From a virus (taxonomy: Duplodnaviria; Caudoviricetes): a stretch of DNA of 59,902 bases. Below the pieces are notes generated by a model. That model was not told where the DNA came from. It saw only the letters and a program-made list of their open reading frames with translations, and did no database searches. The first letter of the stretch is position 1. Each line of letters starts with the position of its first letter. The translations under genes and the position numbers were made by a program. Below are positions 9,299 to 19,358 of the stretch, one piece after another. The stretch spans positions 1 through 59,902 of IMG/VR virus record IMGVR_UViG_3300025323_000513; one strand, given 5' to 3'.

Positions 9299-10480
9299 TT
9301 AAGCTGCTGTTTTAACGACTACGAATGCGGCAGGTAGTGCAACGACAAGAGCCACACGTTTCTTGTAAACGAGTGCTCTCTGGTCGGCAAGCGCAATTTC
9401 CTTTCCGCCGAAGGTACCTGACTCGTGTTGTGACACGGTCATCTCACCCTTTTCACCGAAAGCCAAAGCTTTCAAGTTACCGAAAATGACGAAGTTTGTA
9501 GAAACTGCTGATGCACTGTTTGCTGGCAAATGTCGAGTCGTAAAGACTGGGAAACCTGCAAGTTCTCCCATAGGCTTGATACCTCCACCTGTCGGGTTGT
9601 TTGAGAGTACCCCAGCAGAAACTGCTCCTGCTTGAGGTAAGATAAACGCACCTACCGTATCCTTCTGTGTACGAAGTTTTGCCCAGACAGTGCGATGCAT
9701 ATACCACGCCGCACCATCAAGAACCGACTCCTCGATCTGTGCGATTGTGTCAGCTGCATCTACGACCACATCAAACTCAGCAAAGGTGTCTTTACCGGTT
9801 GCGAGTGTAAATACGGTGACGTCTGGATGATTCAATACTCCAACAAACGGAGCACCGGAACCAACGAGACCTTGCTTGTCTGTCATGTTGGCGAGTGATT
9901 CACCTCCAAGAGCAAGCAACCAATCCGCAAGCTGAACGTCGGCATCGACCAAGAGATCGTTTCCGACCACAAAGGCGAGTTGCCACTTCTTGGCGATGAG
10001 GTTGGCTGCACCGAATGTGATTCCGGTTACCGAGCCAGCAGCATCAACGCCGAGGAATTCTCCCTCAAGAAATGCACCGGTGTAACTTGGGATAGCCTTC
10101 TCATCAGTGCCCATAGGCCACTTCTGAGCTTGGCTCATCACAAGACCGACTGATGCGGCAATCCGAAGGATCGCTGATTCAACTTCTTTAGCTACGAGAT
10201 AACCACCACGGTTATCCTGTTCACCAATGAGAGCTTCATTTGCCTTGACTTTGAGACCCGCAGCAGCTCGGACAACGTCGACAAACTGAGACTTCTGTTC
10301 TCCTGAGAGACCAGTCATATCCTTGCCGAAAATTGCACGCTCCATCTGCATCTTCTCTACGATTGCTCGAGTTTCCTTGGCAACGAGAGGCGACACAGCT
10401 TCGCCGAGACGCTTCTCCATGACCTCCTCAACGGCGGTCTGGAGCTGGCTCCTGATCAATTCCAATTGTTTTTGATCCAT
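9299..10480 (-). CDS. Major capsid protein, HK97 family
   Basis: GGYLV, WYMHR...LRTQKDTVG, LAGFPV, IFGNL; start MDQKQL. Confidence 0.92.
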   Translation of the reverse strand: MDQKQLELIRSQLQTAVEEVMEKRLGEAVSPLVAKETRAIVEKMQMERAIFGKDMTGLSGEQKSQFVDVVRAAAGLKVKANEALIGEQDNRGGYLVAKEVESAILRIAASVGLVMSQAQKWPMGTDEKAIPSYTGAFLEGEFLGVDAAGSVTGITFGAANLIAKKWQLAFVVGNDLLVDADVQLADWLLALGGESLANMTDKQGLVGSGAPFVGVLNHPDVTVFTLATGKDTFAEFDVVVDAADTIAQIEESVLDGAAWYMHRTVWAKLRTQKDTVGAFILPQAGAVSAGVLSNNPTGGGIKPMGELAGFPVFTTRHLPANSASAVSTNFVIFGNLKALAFGEKGEMTVSQHESGTFGGKEIALADQRALVYKKRVALVVALPAAFVVVKTAA

Positions 10481-10481
10481 A

Positions 10482-11600
10482 TTATTTCCTACGAGCCTTC
10501 TCATTGATCTTAGTCAATGATTCGCTCGTAAGACTATTTATCATCCGCAACACCTGCTGATTATCGTTGAACTTTTTTAAGGATTCAACGAGATCAGCCA
10601 ACTCTGCGGTATTCGACCTTTTTTTCAGGGCATCTCCATCGAGATGTTCCTTCCCTTCGCTACCGTCGAGGATTTCCTCGAGGGCGACGATTGTGGCTTT
10701 CATGCCATTGATGGCTATTTTGATTTTTGTGCGACTCATCAGTTGTCGCACTCGTGCGGTCTTTTCAGCCTTGGCTTCATCGCTCTCGTCTCCGGTTTCC
10801 GCAGTGATCAAACTTATGATCTCTTTGGAATGAGCGATGATGCTTGCATCCGTTTCTGATTGAATTGCGGAAAGCTCTGCACCGATTTTCTGCACAAGCA
10901 GAGGCTTCTCTGCTTTCACTTCAACAGGAGCATCAACTTTCGCTTCCTCTTTTATCGTGCAAACCAATGCACCGGAACCGTCAGGAAGTATCGTGCCTTC
11001 TTTGCCGTCATCCGTTGTGCACGGATCCCCTTCCTGAGGTTCAGCTTTTATAAAGAGTCCTTTTGTCATGAGCTCGGATGCATTGAGGTTCAATTCCTTA
11101 GCCAAAGAGAGAGCCATTGGGTTTGCAGGGACCGGAACGAATGAGAACTCAAGTAATTCTGCTTTTGTAATCACGTTCCCTTCCATTTCTCGAGCAATGA
11201 ATCCTACGGATGTGGTCTTTACAATCTTTGCATCGTAGAGTCGGCGTACTTGCTGAGCAAAAGGATTGGCTTCTTCTGGTGCAAATCGTCCTTTTGCAAT
11301 CGTCTGACCTTTGTCGTTTGTAAAAATCTCATCAGTCACACCGATTGGAAGCTCACAATAGTTATGGCCCCAGAGAACGACGGGATTGTTCTTGTAGTTC
11401 GTAAAATCCCACCCGCTCTGGTCAATGACTTCGCCTTGGCGGTCTTGATCTGCGGTCGAGATGATGACCTCGAAAGTTCCCGAGTCGGTTGCAGCCTTGG
11501 TTTTCTCGATCGCATCCTTAAATTCCTTTGTGGCGAACGCCAAGGAGACCTTCTCTAAGATCTCGTTATTTATTTTTTGAAATGTTGCTTCTTTTTTCAT
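10482..11600 (-). CDS. Prohead protease (HK97 type) with C-terminal extension
   Basis: DRQGEVI, NPVVLWGH, SVGF, LLEFSFVPVPANP. Confidence 0.9.
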   Translation of the reverse strand: MKKEATFQKINNEILEKVSLAFATKEFKDAIEKTKAATDSGTFEVIISTADQDRQGEVIDQSGWDFTNYKNNPVVLWGHNYCELPIGVTDEIFTNDKGQTIAKGRFAPEEANPFAQQVRRLYDAKIVKTTSVGFIAREMEGNVITKAELLEFSFVPVPANPMALSLAKELNLNASELMTKGLFIKAEPQEGDPCTTDDGKEGTILPDGSGALVCTIKEEAKVDAPVEVKAEKPLLVQKIGAELSAIQSETDASIIAHSKEIISLITAETGDESDEAKAEKTARVRQLMSRTKIKIAINGMKATIVALEEILDGSEGKEHLDGDALKKRSNTAELADLVESLKKFNDNQQVLRMINSLTSESLTKINEKARRK

Positions 11601-11623
11601 AATTTTATTTATTTTTTTATTAA

Positions 11624-13819
11624 TTACCCCTCGATACTTATCTCCTCCGGTCTTGTGTAGCACCTGCAACTCACATGTAAGGGCGGTGATCCCACGTCGC
11701 TGTATGAAATATCGAGCTTCGAGCCATCTGAGCCGATGTGGGTATCTCCTTTATCATAAAAATTGTCATCAATGCCGATCACTTTTCCGTTCATGTTGTC
11801 GCACCATGGGCAGACCATCTCATCGGCCGCGGTATACCACTTGATCGTCTTCACTACTCCCGTTTGCTTCCAGGCTTCCTTGGTAGAGTCATTGGCAATT
11901 CGGAATGTTTCTGTTCGAGCAACTTGAGCAGCACGGACTTCGTCGCTAAAGGCATAAATATTTGAGATTTTGCTTGTAAGTTCTGGTAGTGAAGCACCTT
12001 CAGCAAGGCCCTCCTCGATTCCATCCTTCAAAAGTCCGAGTGTCGTATCGTTGTAACTTTCTGCAAGAAGTTTCATTGCACGTTCAAGGGCAAGGCGTAC
12101 TTCGGAGGTGAGTCTGAATCCGCTTGAGCCAAGGAGTTGCATTGCTTCAGCTCCTTCGGTTGTGTAGAGGTCGGTCAGTATTGGATTTGAGAGATCAATC
12201 ATCGCTCCGACCCATGCTTCACGATTAAAAATATCCTCTACTGCAATCTTCCAGCCCTTCTTGTCAAAGAATCGGTCAAGGTTTGCAAGAACTACAGCTT
12301 TCTGGTCATTGTTGAATTTCTTTATTCCTTCGACCATGAGGTTTTCATATCGAGTAACTCGAAGGACAAAGCCTTTGTACAAGACTTCGTATTCACTATG
12401 GGAAAGGCTTAATAAACTAAATTGTGCTTTTACCTTCACATCCTCAAACTGCTTTTTGCTTGCATCAATAGAGTCGGCCACTCGCTTTGCGATTTCCTCT
12501 GACATCACTTTTCTAGCTTTTGTATTCTTCGCACCTCGTGTTGAAGGTTTCTTGTCAGCCGTGCTTGTCTTTCTGCCAGAGCGATTGACTGACTTTGGTT
12601 TAGGCTTGCCTAGAGCAATCTTCGAGAAGTCAGTCATGACATTTTCCCCGTTATCAATCCCATCGAGTCCGAAGTATTCTTCACGCGCTTCGTTAACACT
12701 CATTACCGGCTGTCCGGCAAGAGCTGCTTTCATTTCTTCAGTCTTTTGGAGCCTGTCTTCTGGGACCGGATCTACGAAATCGAGATACAAATTGTCGCCA
12801 TATCGTGGTACAAGAAATTCATTCAATTGCTGGACGATCATTTCCATCTTTGGCTTTATCGTTCGAGCTGCGAAGACATAGTTTGAGGTTTCTGCGGTAG
12901 CACGATTGGTTTCTGATTCTGATCCTCCGAGAACAGTTTTTGGCACACGGAACCCTGCAAGGATTTTATCTCGCATGACCTGTTGAAGATTGGCGAAGTC
13001 CATATCCTTAGGATTGCTGGATGCTTCGTCATACTTCACGCCCTTAGGAAGTACTGCGACTCGATATGCATTGCCTGCACCTTTGTAGAGATTCTCAAAT
13101 GATGCGCGGAGTACTTTCATCTGCGCGTCAGTGATTGCATTGTCAGAGCTCAAAAGTCCACCGAGTCTTGCACCATTTTTGAAGTAGTTGAGGTTAACTT
13201 CGGAAGCAAAATTGTCAGAATCTATCCAATCAAGTATCGCCTGGACTGTGCCAATGCCTTGATATGGGTCATTTGGATCCGGATATTTTAGGTGAAGAAT
13301 TTGTGCCGGTTTGTATGTAACTGTTTTTCCATCAATGGAATAGCTGTAGCCCTTAATGAATTCAGGGAGAGGTGCAGGAACCGGATTCGTGTACTTAGGA
13401 TTCAAAAGAAATATTGCCTTTGGCTTATCGGTATCTTTTTCAACACCATCAAGAAGCCAGTATGAATTTCCGGCAAGTTCAAGATGCGAGCCTGTGAGAT
13501 ATCGAAGTTCATATCCGGTTTGAAAAGGATTCACTCCGTCTAAAAGATCGAGAAGCTCATGGTCAAATATTTCCTCATGCACTCCGTCTTTATTTACCTG
13601 AAACAAACGGAATGATATCTTTGCTAATTCCTCTGATATCGCACGGATGGCGGCATACGTCCATGCATTATATGTACCCATCGCTTTATCGATGGACACT
13701 TTTCTTGAACGGCTCCATAGGGTAAACGGATCATCATTTGATAGACCCGAAGCAAGCGGGAGATTTAATCCTTTGCGCGTGAGACCTATGAGATTTAATG
13801 TTTTGTCTAAAATATTCAC
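11624..13819 (-). CDS. HK97-family portal fused to MuF minor head domain
   Basis: N-terminal portal motifs (NPFQTG, GNSYW, ILHLK, YFKNGA, FRVP); C-terminal ARTET...KWYTAAD..CPWC...PPLHVSCRC. Confidence 0.85.
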   Translation of the reverse strand: MNILDKTLNLIGLTRKGLNLPLASGLSNDDPFTLWSRSRKVSIDKAMGTYNAWTYAAIRAISEELAKISFRLFQVNKDGVHEEIFDHELLDLLDGVNPFQTGYELRYLTGSHLELAGNSYWLLDGVEKDTDKPKAIFLLNPKYTNPVPAPLPEFIKGYSYSIDGKTVTYKPAQILHLKYPDPNDPYQGIGTVQAILDWIDSDNFASEVNLNYFKNGARLGGLLSSDNAITDAQMKVLRASFENLYKGAGNAYRVAVLPKGVKYDEASSNPKDMDFANLQQVMRDKILAGFRVPKTVLGGSESETNRATAETSNYVFAARTIKPKMEMIVQQLNEFLVPRYGDNLYLDFVDPVPEDRLQKTEEMKAALAGQPVMSVNEAREEYFGLDGIDNGENVMTDFSKIALGKPKPKSVNRSGRKTSTADKKPSTRGAKNTKARKVMSEEIAKRVADSIDASKKQFEDVKVKAQFSLLSLSHSEYEVLYKGFVLRVTRYENLMVEGIKKFNNDQKAVVLANLDRFFDKKGWKIAVEDIFNREAWVGAMIDLSNPILTDLYTTEGAEAMQLLGSSGFRLTSEVRLALERAMKLLAESYNDTTLGLLKDGIEEGLAEGASLPELTSKISNIYAFSDEVRAAQVARTETFRIANDSTKEAWKQTGVVKTIKWYTAADEMVCPWCDNMNGKVIGIDDNFYDKGDTHIGSDGSKLDISYSDVGSPPLHVSCRCYTRPEEISIEG

Positions 13820-13835
13820 GAAGGTTTTTACAAAT

Positions 13836-13899
13836 AAAAAAAGAGGGCTTGCAACGCAAACCTTCTTCGTGAGAAAAAGACTTACATCACAAGCCCTCT
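13836..13899 (-). terminator. Long-stem terminator upstream of portal
   Basis: AGAGGGCTTG...CAAGCCCTCT then a T tract; inner G-U pairs favour the minus strand. Confidence 0.65.
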
Positions 13900-13996
13900 G
13901 GGGTATCCAGTCAGACTATATAAACACAAATTTTGAAAAGTACTCTTGTAGTATATCGGTCCCACAATATCTGCACCAGACAGGGTGTGGATAAAC

Positions 13997-14179
13997 TTAT
14001 AACCCCTTTACTTCGAAATCATTCGGATCTCCCGGCTTCTTCTGGACCGTATATTCTACGAGCGTGACTTTCTTTTCATTGACCCTTAGGACGATCTGAC
14101 CATGCGGAATTTTATCAGCAAGCTCCATAATGTCCTGCCACTCTTTCGTTATCTCTTTCATGATTCTGGTCGGTATCAT
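13997..14179 (-). CDS. DUF2292/YezD-like small protein
   Basis: IPHGQIVLRVNEKKVTLVE pattern. Confidence 0.55.
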   Translation of the reverse strand: MIPTRIMKEITKEWQDIMELADKIPHGQIVLRVNEKKVTLVEYTVQKKPGDPNDFEVKGL

Positions 14180-15627
14180 ATGAGTCCAATTACCTCAGGG
14201 TTCTGCATTCCCTGCTGCACCAAGCCGAGAATGAGATATACGAGTGCATCGACGAGATCGTCGTGTTCTTCTACTCCGAATCCAAGAAGTTGAATAATGA
14301 GGTCTTCACAGCCAGAGTGAGGAAATACAACGGTCCCATTTTGAATGTACACAGCGACAGCTCGGAGTCTGGCTCTTTTATCACCACCTGCTGCCATTGC
14401 AATCACCGGCAAGAGTGCGCGTTCCATTTCTTCTATCGCTGCTTTCTGGTATGCAACATTTTCTACAAAGAAAAGTGAGAATGGATTTGCTACCGCCATT
14501 GCTTTTGTTGTCTCTATAGTTTCGTGGAATGAGAGACGAACGTTGATGGCATTTGGCTTCACATATATTTTTGGTATACCGTCCTTAACAAAAGAAGTAC
14601 CTGATACCATAGCAGTATAGTCAGCCGTTTCTTTTTTACTGATTGCAAGATCAACACCGGTCCCAGATAGTCCAGTCTGTAGTTCAGGAGGTTCGGTATC
14701 GTAATACTGGATCCATTCTTCTTTAATATCAGCGCCCTCCTCAGGAACAATTTTAAGCAGGTACTCTCTTTGCCACGCTGTAGTCCCGACCTTATCACGC
14801 TGATCATCGAGTGCTTTTTGAGTTGGGTATTTTGCTGGCCACGTATTTTTCCCATTCTGTATAAGTGAATACTCGAGATGTTTAAATGATTTGTATCGGC
14901 TCAAGCGTGCCATGAGTGCATCAGTATGAAGTTGATTTCCAATGACTACTAATCGCCCTTGGGCCTCATCAATCGCAGGAATAACTTCACCTCGAAGCCA
15001 TCTTTCAGTCTTATCTCTATTTTCTTTAGTACGGACCCACTCCAAATCTTCAGGATCATCTATTACAACCAGACTTGGTCTACTTTGTTTATGTCTGAAT
15101 CCTCTGATTTTTTGACCTCTTGATCGTGCAAGGATACGTACACCGTTTGAAAGGAGCATATTTCTTGCCTGCCATTCTTCCTCACTTTCCAAGGTGAAAT
15201 CTTGTCCAAATTTCCCAGTCACATTTCCATAGTCTTGTTTAATCAGAGAATTATTCTCAAGTTCCTCTTTTATATTCCTGATGTTCATGTTGGCTTGTGA
15301 ACTCGTGTCAGCTATGGGAATTATGAATGGGTAGAGTTTGGAATGTTCAAGTGCCGCCCACAACGGCAAGGCTAGAGATCCGAATGTTGATTTGGCACTT
15401 CCTCGAAAGCCAAGAACCTCAATCATTTTTTGTTTATGATCACTCAGTGTGTCCAATAATTCATCATGAAAATCTGCAAGAGCGATGGTTAGATAGTGTG
15501 GAAGGTAGACCATACAAAATCCTTTAAGAGTCTTCGCCATATTTCTTCGAGTCTCATGATCATCGTACAAATCATGATCCTCGAACCATGAGTGCAGTTG
15601 TGGTTGTAGGTTGTTCTTTTTTGTCAT
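14176..15627 (-). CDS. terL: Terminase large subunit
   Basis: FRGSAKST Walker A, VVIDD Walker B, GVDLA and HDDLVDA nuclease motifs. Confidence 0.92.
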   Translation of the reverse strand: MTKKNNLQPQLHSWFEDHDLYDDHETRRNMAKTLKGFCMVYLPHYLTIALADFHDELLDTLSDHKQKMIEVLGFRGSAKSTFGSLALPLWAALEHSKLYPFIIPIADTSSQANMNIRNIKEELENNSLIKQDYGNVTGKFGQDFTLESEEEWQARNMLLSNGVRILARSRGQKIRGFRHKQSRPSLVVIDDPEDLEWVRTKENRDKTERWLRGEVIPAIDEAQGRLVVIGNQLHTDALMARLSRYKSFKHLEYSLIQNGKNTWPAKYPTQKALDDQRDKVGTTAWQREYLLKIVPEEGADIKEEWIQYYDTEPPELQTGLSGTGVDLAISKKETADYTAMVSGTSFVKDGIPKIYVKPNAINVRLSFHETIETTKAMAVANPFSLFFVENVAYQKAAIEEMERALLPVIAMAAGGDKRARLRAVAVYIQNGTVVFPHSGCEDLIIQLLGFGVEEHDDLVDALVYLILGLVQQGMQNPEVIGLI

Positions 15628-16150
15628 CTTTTATTTGTTCCTTTGGAAAAAATCCGCAGTTGATGAATGCTTGTCGCATCTGCTCTCTCATTTCTTTTGA
15701 TATGGGTGTATTTCTTCTCTCGATTTCAAGGGTACCTAGATGGCGTTCAAAAATACCCATATCCATCTCAGCGTTGAGTATTGCTAGATCAAGTTTCATG
15801 ATTGAATTTAAGGCGGCAATCTGATCCTTGTAACTTGGAGGTGGCAAGCCTTCTTTTTTCAAATCATCTGTATAGAAGGCTATACGGACCAGACGGTCCA
15901 CAACAACACGCTCTCGTTCTTTGAGTTGAGCTACCCTGTGTGAAAGCTTCTGTCTATCAACGTCTTCATCAAGCGCTCTATTCACCTTCCATACCAACCT
16001 TGAAAGGTATTCTCGACTGGCAATTTTCATGCCTTTTCTTTCCAGGACATCTTGGAGCGAGCGCACAGAAACCAACGGATCAAAAACGATTGTATCCCTT
16101 ATAACCCTCATGATTTTCTCTTGTGCTGGTGGAAGAATCTTCATGGACAT
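15572..16150 (-). CDS. Probable terminase small subunit
   Basis: Helical protein immediately upstream of and overlapping terL. Confidence 0.6.
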   Translation of the reverse strand: MSMKILPPAQEKIMRVIRDTIVFDPLVSVRSLQDVLERKGMKIASREYLSRLVWKVNRALDEDVDRQKLSHRVAQLKERERVVVDRLVRIAFYTDDLKKEGLPPPSYKDQIAALNSIMKLDLAILNAEMDMGIFERHLGTLEIERRNTPISKEMREQMRQAFINCGFFPKEQIKDDKKEQPTTTTALMVRGS

Positions 16151-16160
16151 CTATGGCCAT

Positions 16161-17288
16161 CTATTTTGGCAAAACCCTTGTGAATACTAGCTTTTTTACG
16201 ATCGCCTGAACCACGTTTACGGTCACTGCATTCCCCAAACACTTGTATCTTTGGGTATCACTGGCACCTAGAGTCCAATCATCAGGAAATCCCTGTAATC
16301 GTTCACATTCTTTTGGTGTAAGGCGCCGAATCTTCTGTAGTCCTTTGACGGCATACAGTCCTGTCTTAGCTCCCAGACCTCCTGCTTGGCTTGCGAGAGT
16401 GGTGGCTATGCCCTTAGCATCATAGATTCGGCTCCCTTGGGGAAAGTTCCGACTAAGCTGTTTTCCATCATCAAGCCATTTCTTGTTTTTCTCGCTCATG
16501 ACTGCTCCTATGTACTTTAGGTCTTTATGTGACGGTCTTTTACTAACATAAGTTCCGTTCGAGTCTGCGGTAACACGTGTCGTGATGGTTGGTAGGATAA
16601 TATCCTCGCTTGCGTTTTGGGCGAGAGGAAATACTTCCGGTCTGGGTGTGCATCTAAGATGTCCGACAATGAAGACTCGCTCTCGGTTCTGAGGTACTCC
16701 GAAATTCTTGCTGTTAAGCACCTGCCATTGGAGGTCATACCCAAGACCATCCAGTGTGCGGAGGATAATACCGAAGGTGCGCCCTTTTTCGTGAGAGAGA
16801 AGCCCCTTAACATTCTCAAGGAGTAGAAGCCGTGGTCTTTTGGCAGCGATAATGCGAGCAATCTCAAAGAACAATGTCCCTCGAGTGTCTTCAAAGCCCT
16901 TTCTCTTGCCGGCAATAGAGAAAGATTGGCAAGGAAAACCTCCAATGAGTAAGTCGAAATCGGGCAGATTTCTTGATTTGATTTTTCTGATGTCTCCATA
17001 ATTTGTGTGCTTGAAATATTTTTCATAGATTTGTATTGCGTGCTTGTCGATCTCAGAGTAACCCACGCAAGTAAGCGATTCTTGTCGTAAGCCGTCGCAG
17101 TGATGGTGTTTGCAAGGTTGTCCCCTCTCGGGGTGAGCTTTTTCAGGCTTCTTGTATCCTTTACCACTCCGAGTCTTCGTAATCGCTTTGCCTCCTCCGT
17201 TCTTCTTTCTGTTAGCTGTTTCCACATATGCGTTGTGTATGCCGAGTTCGAAGCCTCCAATTCCTGAGAAGAGACTGAGATACCTCAT
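16161..17288 (-). CDS. C5-cytosine DNA methyltransferase
   Basis: FSGIGG, GFPCQ, ENV, QNRER, RRLTPKECERLQGFP, GNAV. Confidence 0.95.
   Translation of the reverse strand: MRYLSLFSGIGGFELGIHNAYVETANRKKNGGGKAITKTRSGKGYKKPEKAHPERGQPCKHHHCDGLRQESLTCVGYSEIDKHAIQIYEKYFKHTNYGDIRKIKSRNLPDFDLLIGGFPCQSFSIAGKRKGFEDTRGTLFFEIARIIAAKRPRLLLLENVKGLLSHEKGRTFGIILRTLDGLGYDLQWQVLNSKNFGVPQNRERVFIVGHLRCTPRPEVFPLAQNASEDIILPTITTRVTADSNGTYVSKRPSHKDLKYIGAVMSEKNKKWLDDGKQLSRNFPQGSRIYDAKGIATTLASQAGGLGAKTGLYAVKGLQKIRRLTPKECERLQGFPDDWTLGASDTQRYKCLGNAVTVNVVQAIVKKLVFTRVLPK
16517..17227 (-). CDS. Alternative-frame ORF inside the C5 methylase (EcoHK31I beta-like)
   Basis: Same strand, different frame; open for about 237 codons in both phages; SSLSDIL..PDRKYFLSP motif. 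Confidence 0.7.
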   Translation of the reverse strand: MWKQLTERRTEEAKRLRRLGVVKDTRSLKKLTPRGDNLANTITATAYDKNRLLAWVTLRSTSTQYKSMKNISSTQIMETSEKSNQEICPISTYSLEVFLANLSLLPARERALKTLEGHCSLRLLALSLPKDHGFYSLRMLRGFSLTKKGAPSVLSSAHWMVLGMTSNGRCLTARISEYLRTESESSLSDILDAHPDRKYFLSPKTQARILSYQPSRHVLPQTRTELMLVKDRHIKT

Positions 17289-18568
17289 TGTTTTATTTTA
17301 TTAATCCTCTCCCAACGATTGCGAATGACATCACAGAACTTGGGATCAAGCTCAATCATGTACGCCCTTCGGCCGACCTTTTCCGCCGCAGCCATGGTGC
17401 TGCCGGACCCTCCGAAGGGATCAAGAACAATGTCATTTCTTTTTGTAGAATTGCGAAGTGCTCTCATTGCAAGCCAATCAGGTTTTTCAGTCGGATGGAG
17501 ATAGTGTGCAACTGCTTTCCTCGGCATCTCCCAGACATCAAACTCATTGTCACCATAGAATTTGTGAGTACCATTTTTCCAACCATATATGATTCCTTTT
17601 GCAGTTTTTGGATCAGGCTTCTTTGCACGTGCTATCCACTCGTGTTTGTAGCGGTAGTCATTCCAACCCATGCTCGGAACATTCTTAACCCAGATAATTA
17701 CCCCCGAATGCTGGAAGCCATGCTTGAGCATGCTTTCAAGGAATTGCGCGTATGAGCTCCAACCAGAGCAAGTGTAAAATGATGCGCCTTCTTTTGTGTT
17801 AATGAATAATGCATAGAAAGCTGAATCAATGAATGCTCGGAATTGATTGTCATCCATGTTGTCATTCTTGATGGATTCATTCCCTTCTTCTTTGAGTTTA
17901 TTTCCTCGGCTCTTATAGTTCACATTGTATGGGGGATCTGTGAAGACCATGTCGGCTTTCTCATCTCCTAGAAGTTTTTTGTAAGTCTCGGGATCAGTGG
18001 AGTCACCACAGATGAGTCTATGGGACCCGAGCTCATAGATTTCTCCAAGCTTCGATCGAGGTTCTTTGTCTACTTCATCTCCCTCTCCTTCATCTTCTTC
18101 CTCATCGTCGAGCGTCTGATCAAGAATCCGGCTGATTTCATCATCCCTGAAACCTGAAGCGGGAATGGATGGCGATTCCTTAAGCTCAAGAATAATTTCA
18201 AAGAGTTTTTTCTCATCCCATTTTCCCTTGATCTTGTTGAGGGCAAGGTTGAGGAGCTTCTCTTCGGGAAAGTGCAAATCCACTAGATTGGCTGGAATGA
18301 GGGCTACTCCGTCCTTGGTTTCAATGCCTTTTATGGCTTCACCTTGGGCTACAAGCTCCTCTACGGCGGTAGTTCGCTGATGACCCCCTACCAGTACCCA
18401 TTTTCGGTCACCGCATTGGTCACAGGTGTGAGTATTCACAACTACCGATTCCACAAAGCCGAAAGTCTTGATACTTGTTTTAAGCGCGGACATTTCATTC
18501 TCCAGCATAATACGGGGATTGTACTCAGCCCGCCTTAACTCAGTGATTTTAATTTTTGTCGACTCCAT
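17285..18568 (-). CDS. ParB-domain amino-DNA methyltransferase
   Basis: YNPR...GGHQR ParB domain; DPPY; HPTEKP; DPFGGSG. Confidence 0.92.
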   Translation of the reverse strand: MESTKIKITELRRAEYNPRIMLENEMSALKTSIKTFGFVESVVVNTHTCDQCGDRKWVLVGGHQRTTAVEELVAQGEAIKGIETKDGVALIPANLVDLHFPEEKLLNLALNKIKGKWDEKKLFEIILELKESPSIPASGFRDDEISRILDQTLDDEEEDEGEGDEVDKEPRSKLGEIYELGSHRLICGDSTDPETYKKLLGDEKADMVFTDPPYNVNYKSRGNKLKEEGNESIKNDNMDDNQFRAFIDSAFYALFINTKEGASFYTCSGWSSYAQFLESMLKHGFQHSGVIIWVKNVPSMGWNDYRYKHEWIARAKKPDPKTAKGIIYGWKNGTHKFYGDNEFDVWEMPRKAVAHYLHPTEKPDWLAMRALRNSTKRNDIVLDPFGGSGSTMAAAEKVGRRAYMIELDPKFCDVIRNRWERINKIKQ

Positions 18569-18926
18569 ATTTTTCAGCGAAGTTAATTCTTGCATTTAAT
18601 TGGTCGACCTTTTCTTTTTCCTTACCTGTATTCACTTTAATTACAGTGATAGTCTCATCGCAGGAAAGGGTGAATTCTTCAGCGGTTGCAATCTTCTTCT
18701 CGAAGTCTTTTCTTTTGACCCGAGTGACCTTGGTGGTATCAGTAGGATCGATTTTCTTAAATTCGATATTCAACTCATCGAGTTCCTTAAATTTTCCGTC
18801 TCTAAGTTTTTCTATATCTGGAATCTTGGAGAGGTCAAAAGCAATATTCATTTCTTTTCGCCATACCTGTTCCTGCAATTCGAGAATAAATTTATCTCTT
18901 ATTATTTTTGTTTGTTCTGATGTCAT
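18549..18926 (-). CDS. Hypothetical coiled-coil protein
   Basis: In operon; charged helical sequence. Confidence 0.65.
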   Translation of the reverse strand: MTSEQTKIIRDKFILELQEQVWRKEMNIAFDLSKIPDIEKLRDGKFKELDELNIEFKKIDPTDTTKVTRVKRKDFEKKIATAEEFTLSCDETITVIKVNTGKEKEKVDQLNARINFAEKYGVDKN

Positions 18927-18935
18927 AAATATTTT

Positions 18936-19358
18936 TTAATTGTGAATAGTAATAAATACTTCTACCTTCCCTTTCTTATCCTCTGCAATTTCGCTTTTGA
19001 ACGAGCCGTCCAAATTCTTATCGTTGAAGAAGAGAGCGTCTGCAATCGAACCAAAGATATTTTCGGGATCGCCGTGAGTGTTGTCTTTCCAGAAGATGCG
19101 GATATCCATGACTGCTTTTCCGGGAACATTGAGCTTTATCGGTTTTCGGAAGAGTCTCATGATTCGGATGTGGACCGGATAGTCGATACCTTCTCCAGCC
19201 AATGAATCAAAAAAAGCGTGCTGAATGTGTCCTTTCCATGCTGTATACCTTTGTGCTTCTGGACTCCATTGCTGGGCTCTCGTCTTTTTCAGTTTGGGTA
19301 TGGCATTTTCATGAATATCTTCGTGATTGCCTTTTATGGTGAATGAGAATGTTTTCAT
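18936..19358 (-). CDS. RusA-like Holliday junction resolvase
   Basis: GDPENIFGSIADALFFNDK; paralog at 56656. Confidence 0.75.
   Translation of the reverse strand: MKTFSFTIKGNHEDIHENAIPKLKKTRAQQWSPEAQRYTAWKGHIQHAFFDSLAGEGIDYPVHIRIMRLFRKPIKLNVPGKAVMDIRIFWKDNTHGDPENIFGSIADALFFNDKNLDGSFKSEIAEDKKGKVEVFITIHN

Noticed and set aside
12261-12881. Long plus-strand ORFs (also 38042-38560, 52270-52848, 54147-54794 and others)
   Set aside because: Antisense shadows of clear minus-strand genes with no recognisable motifs
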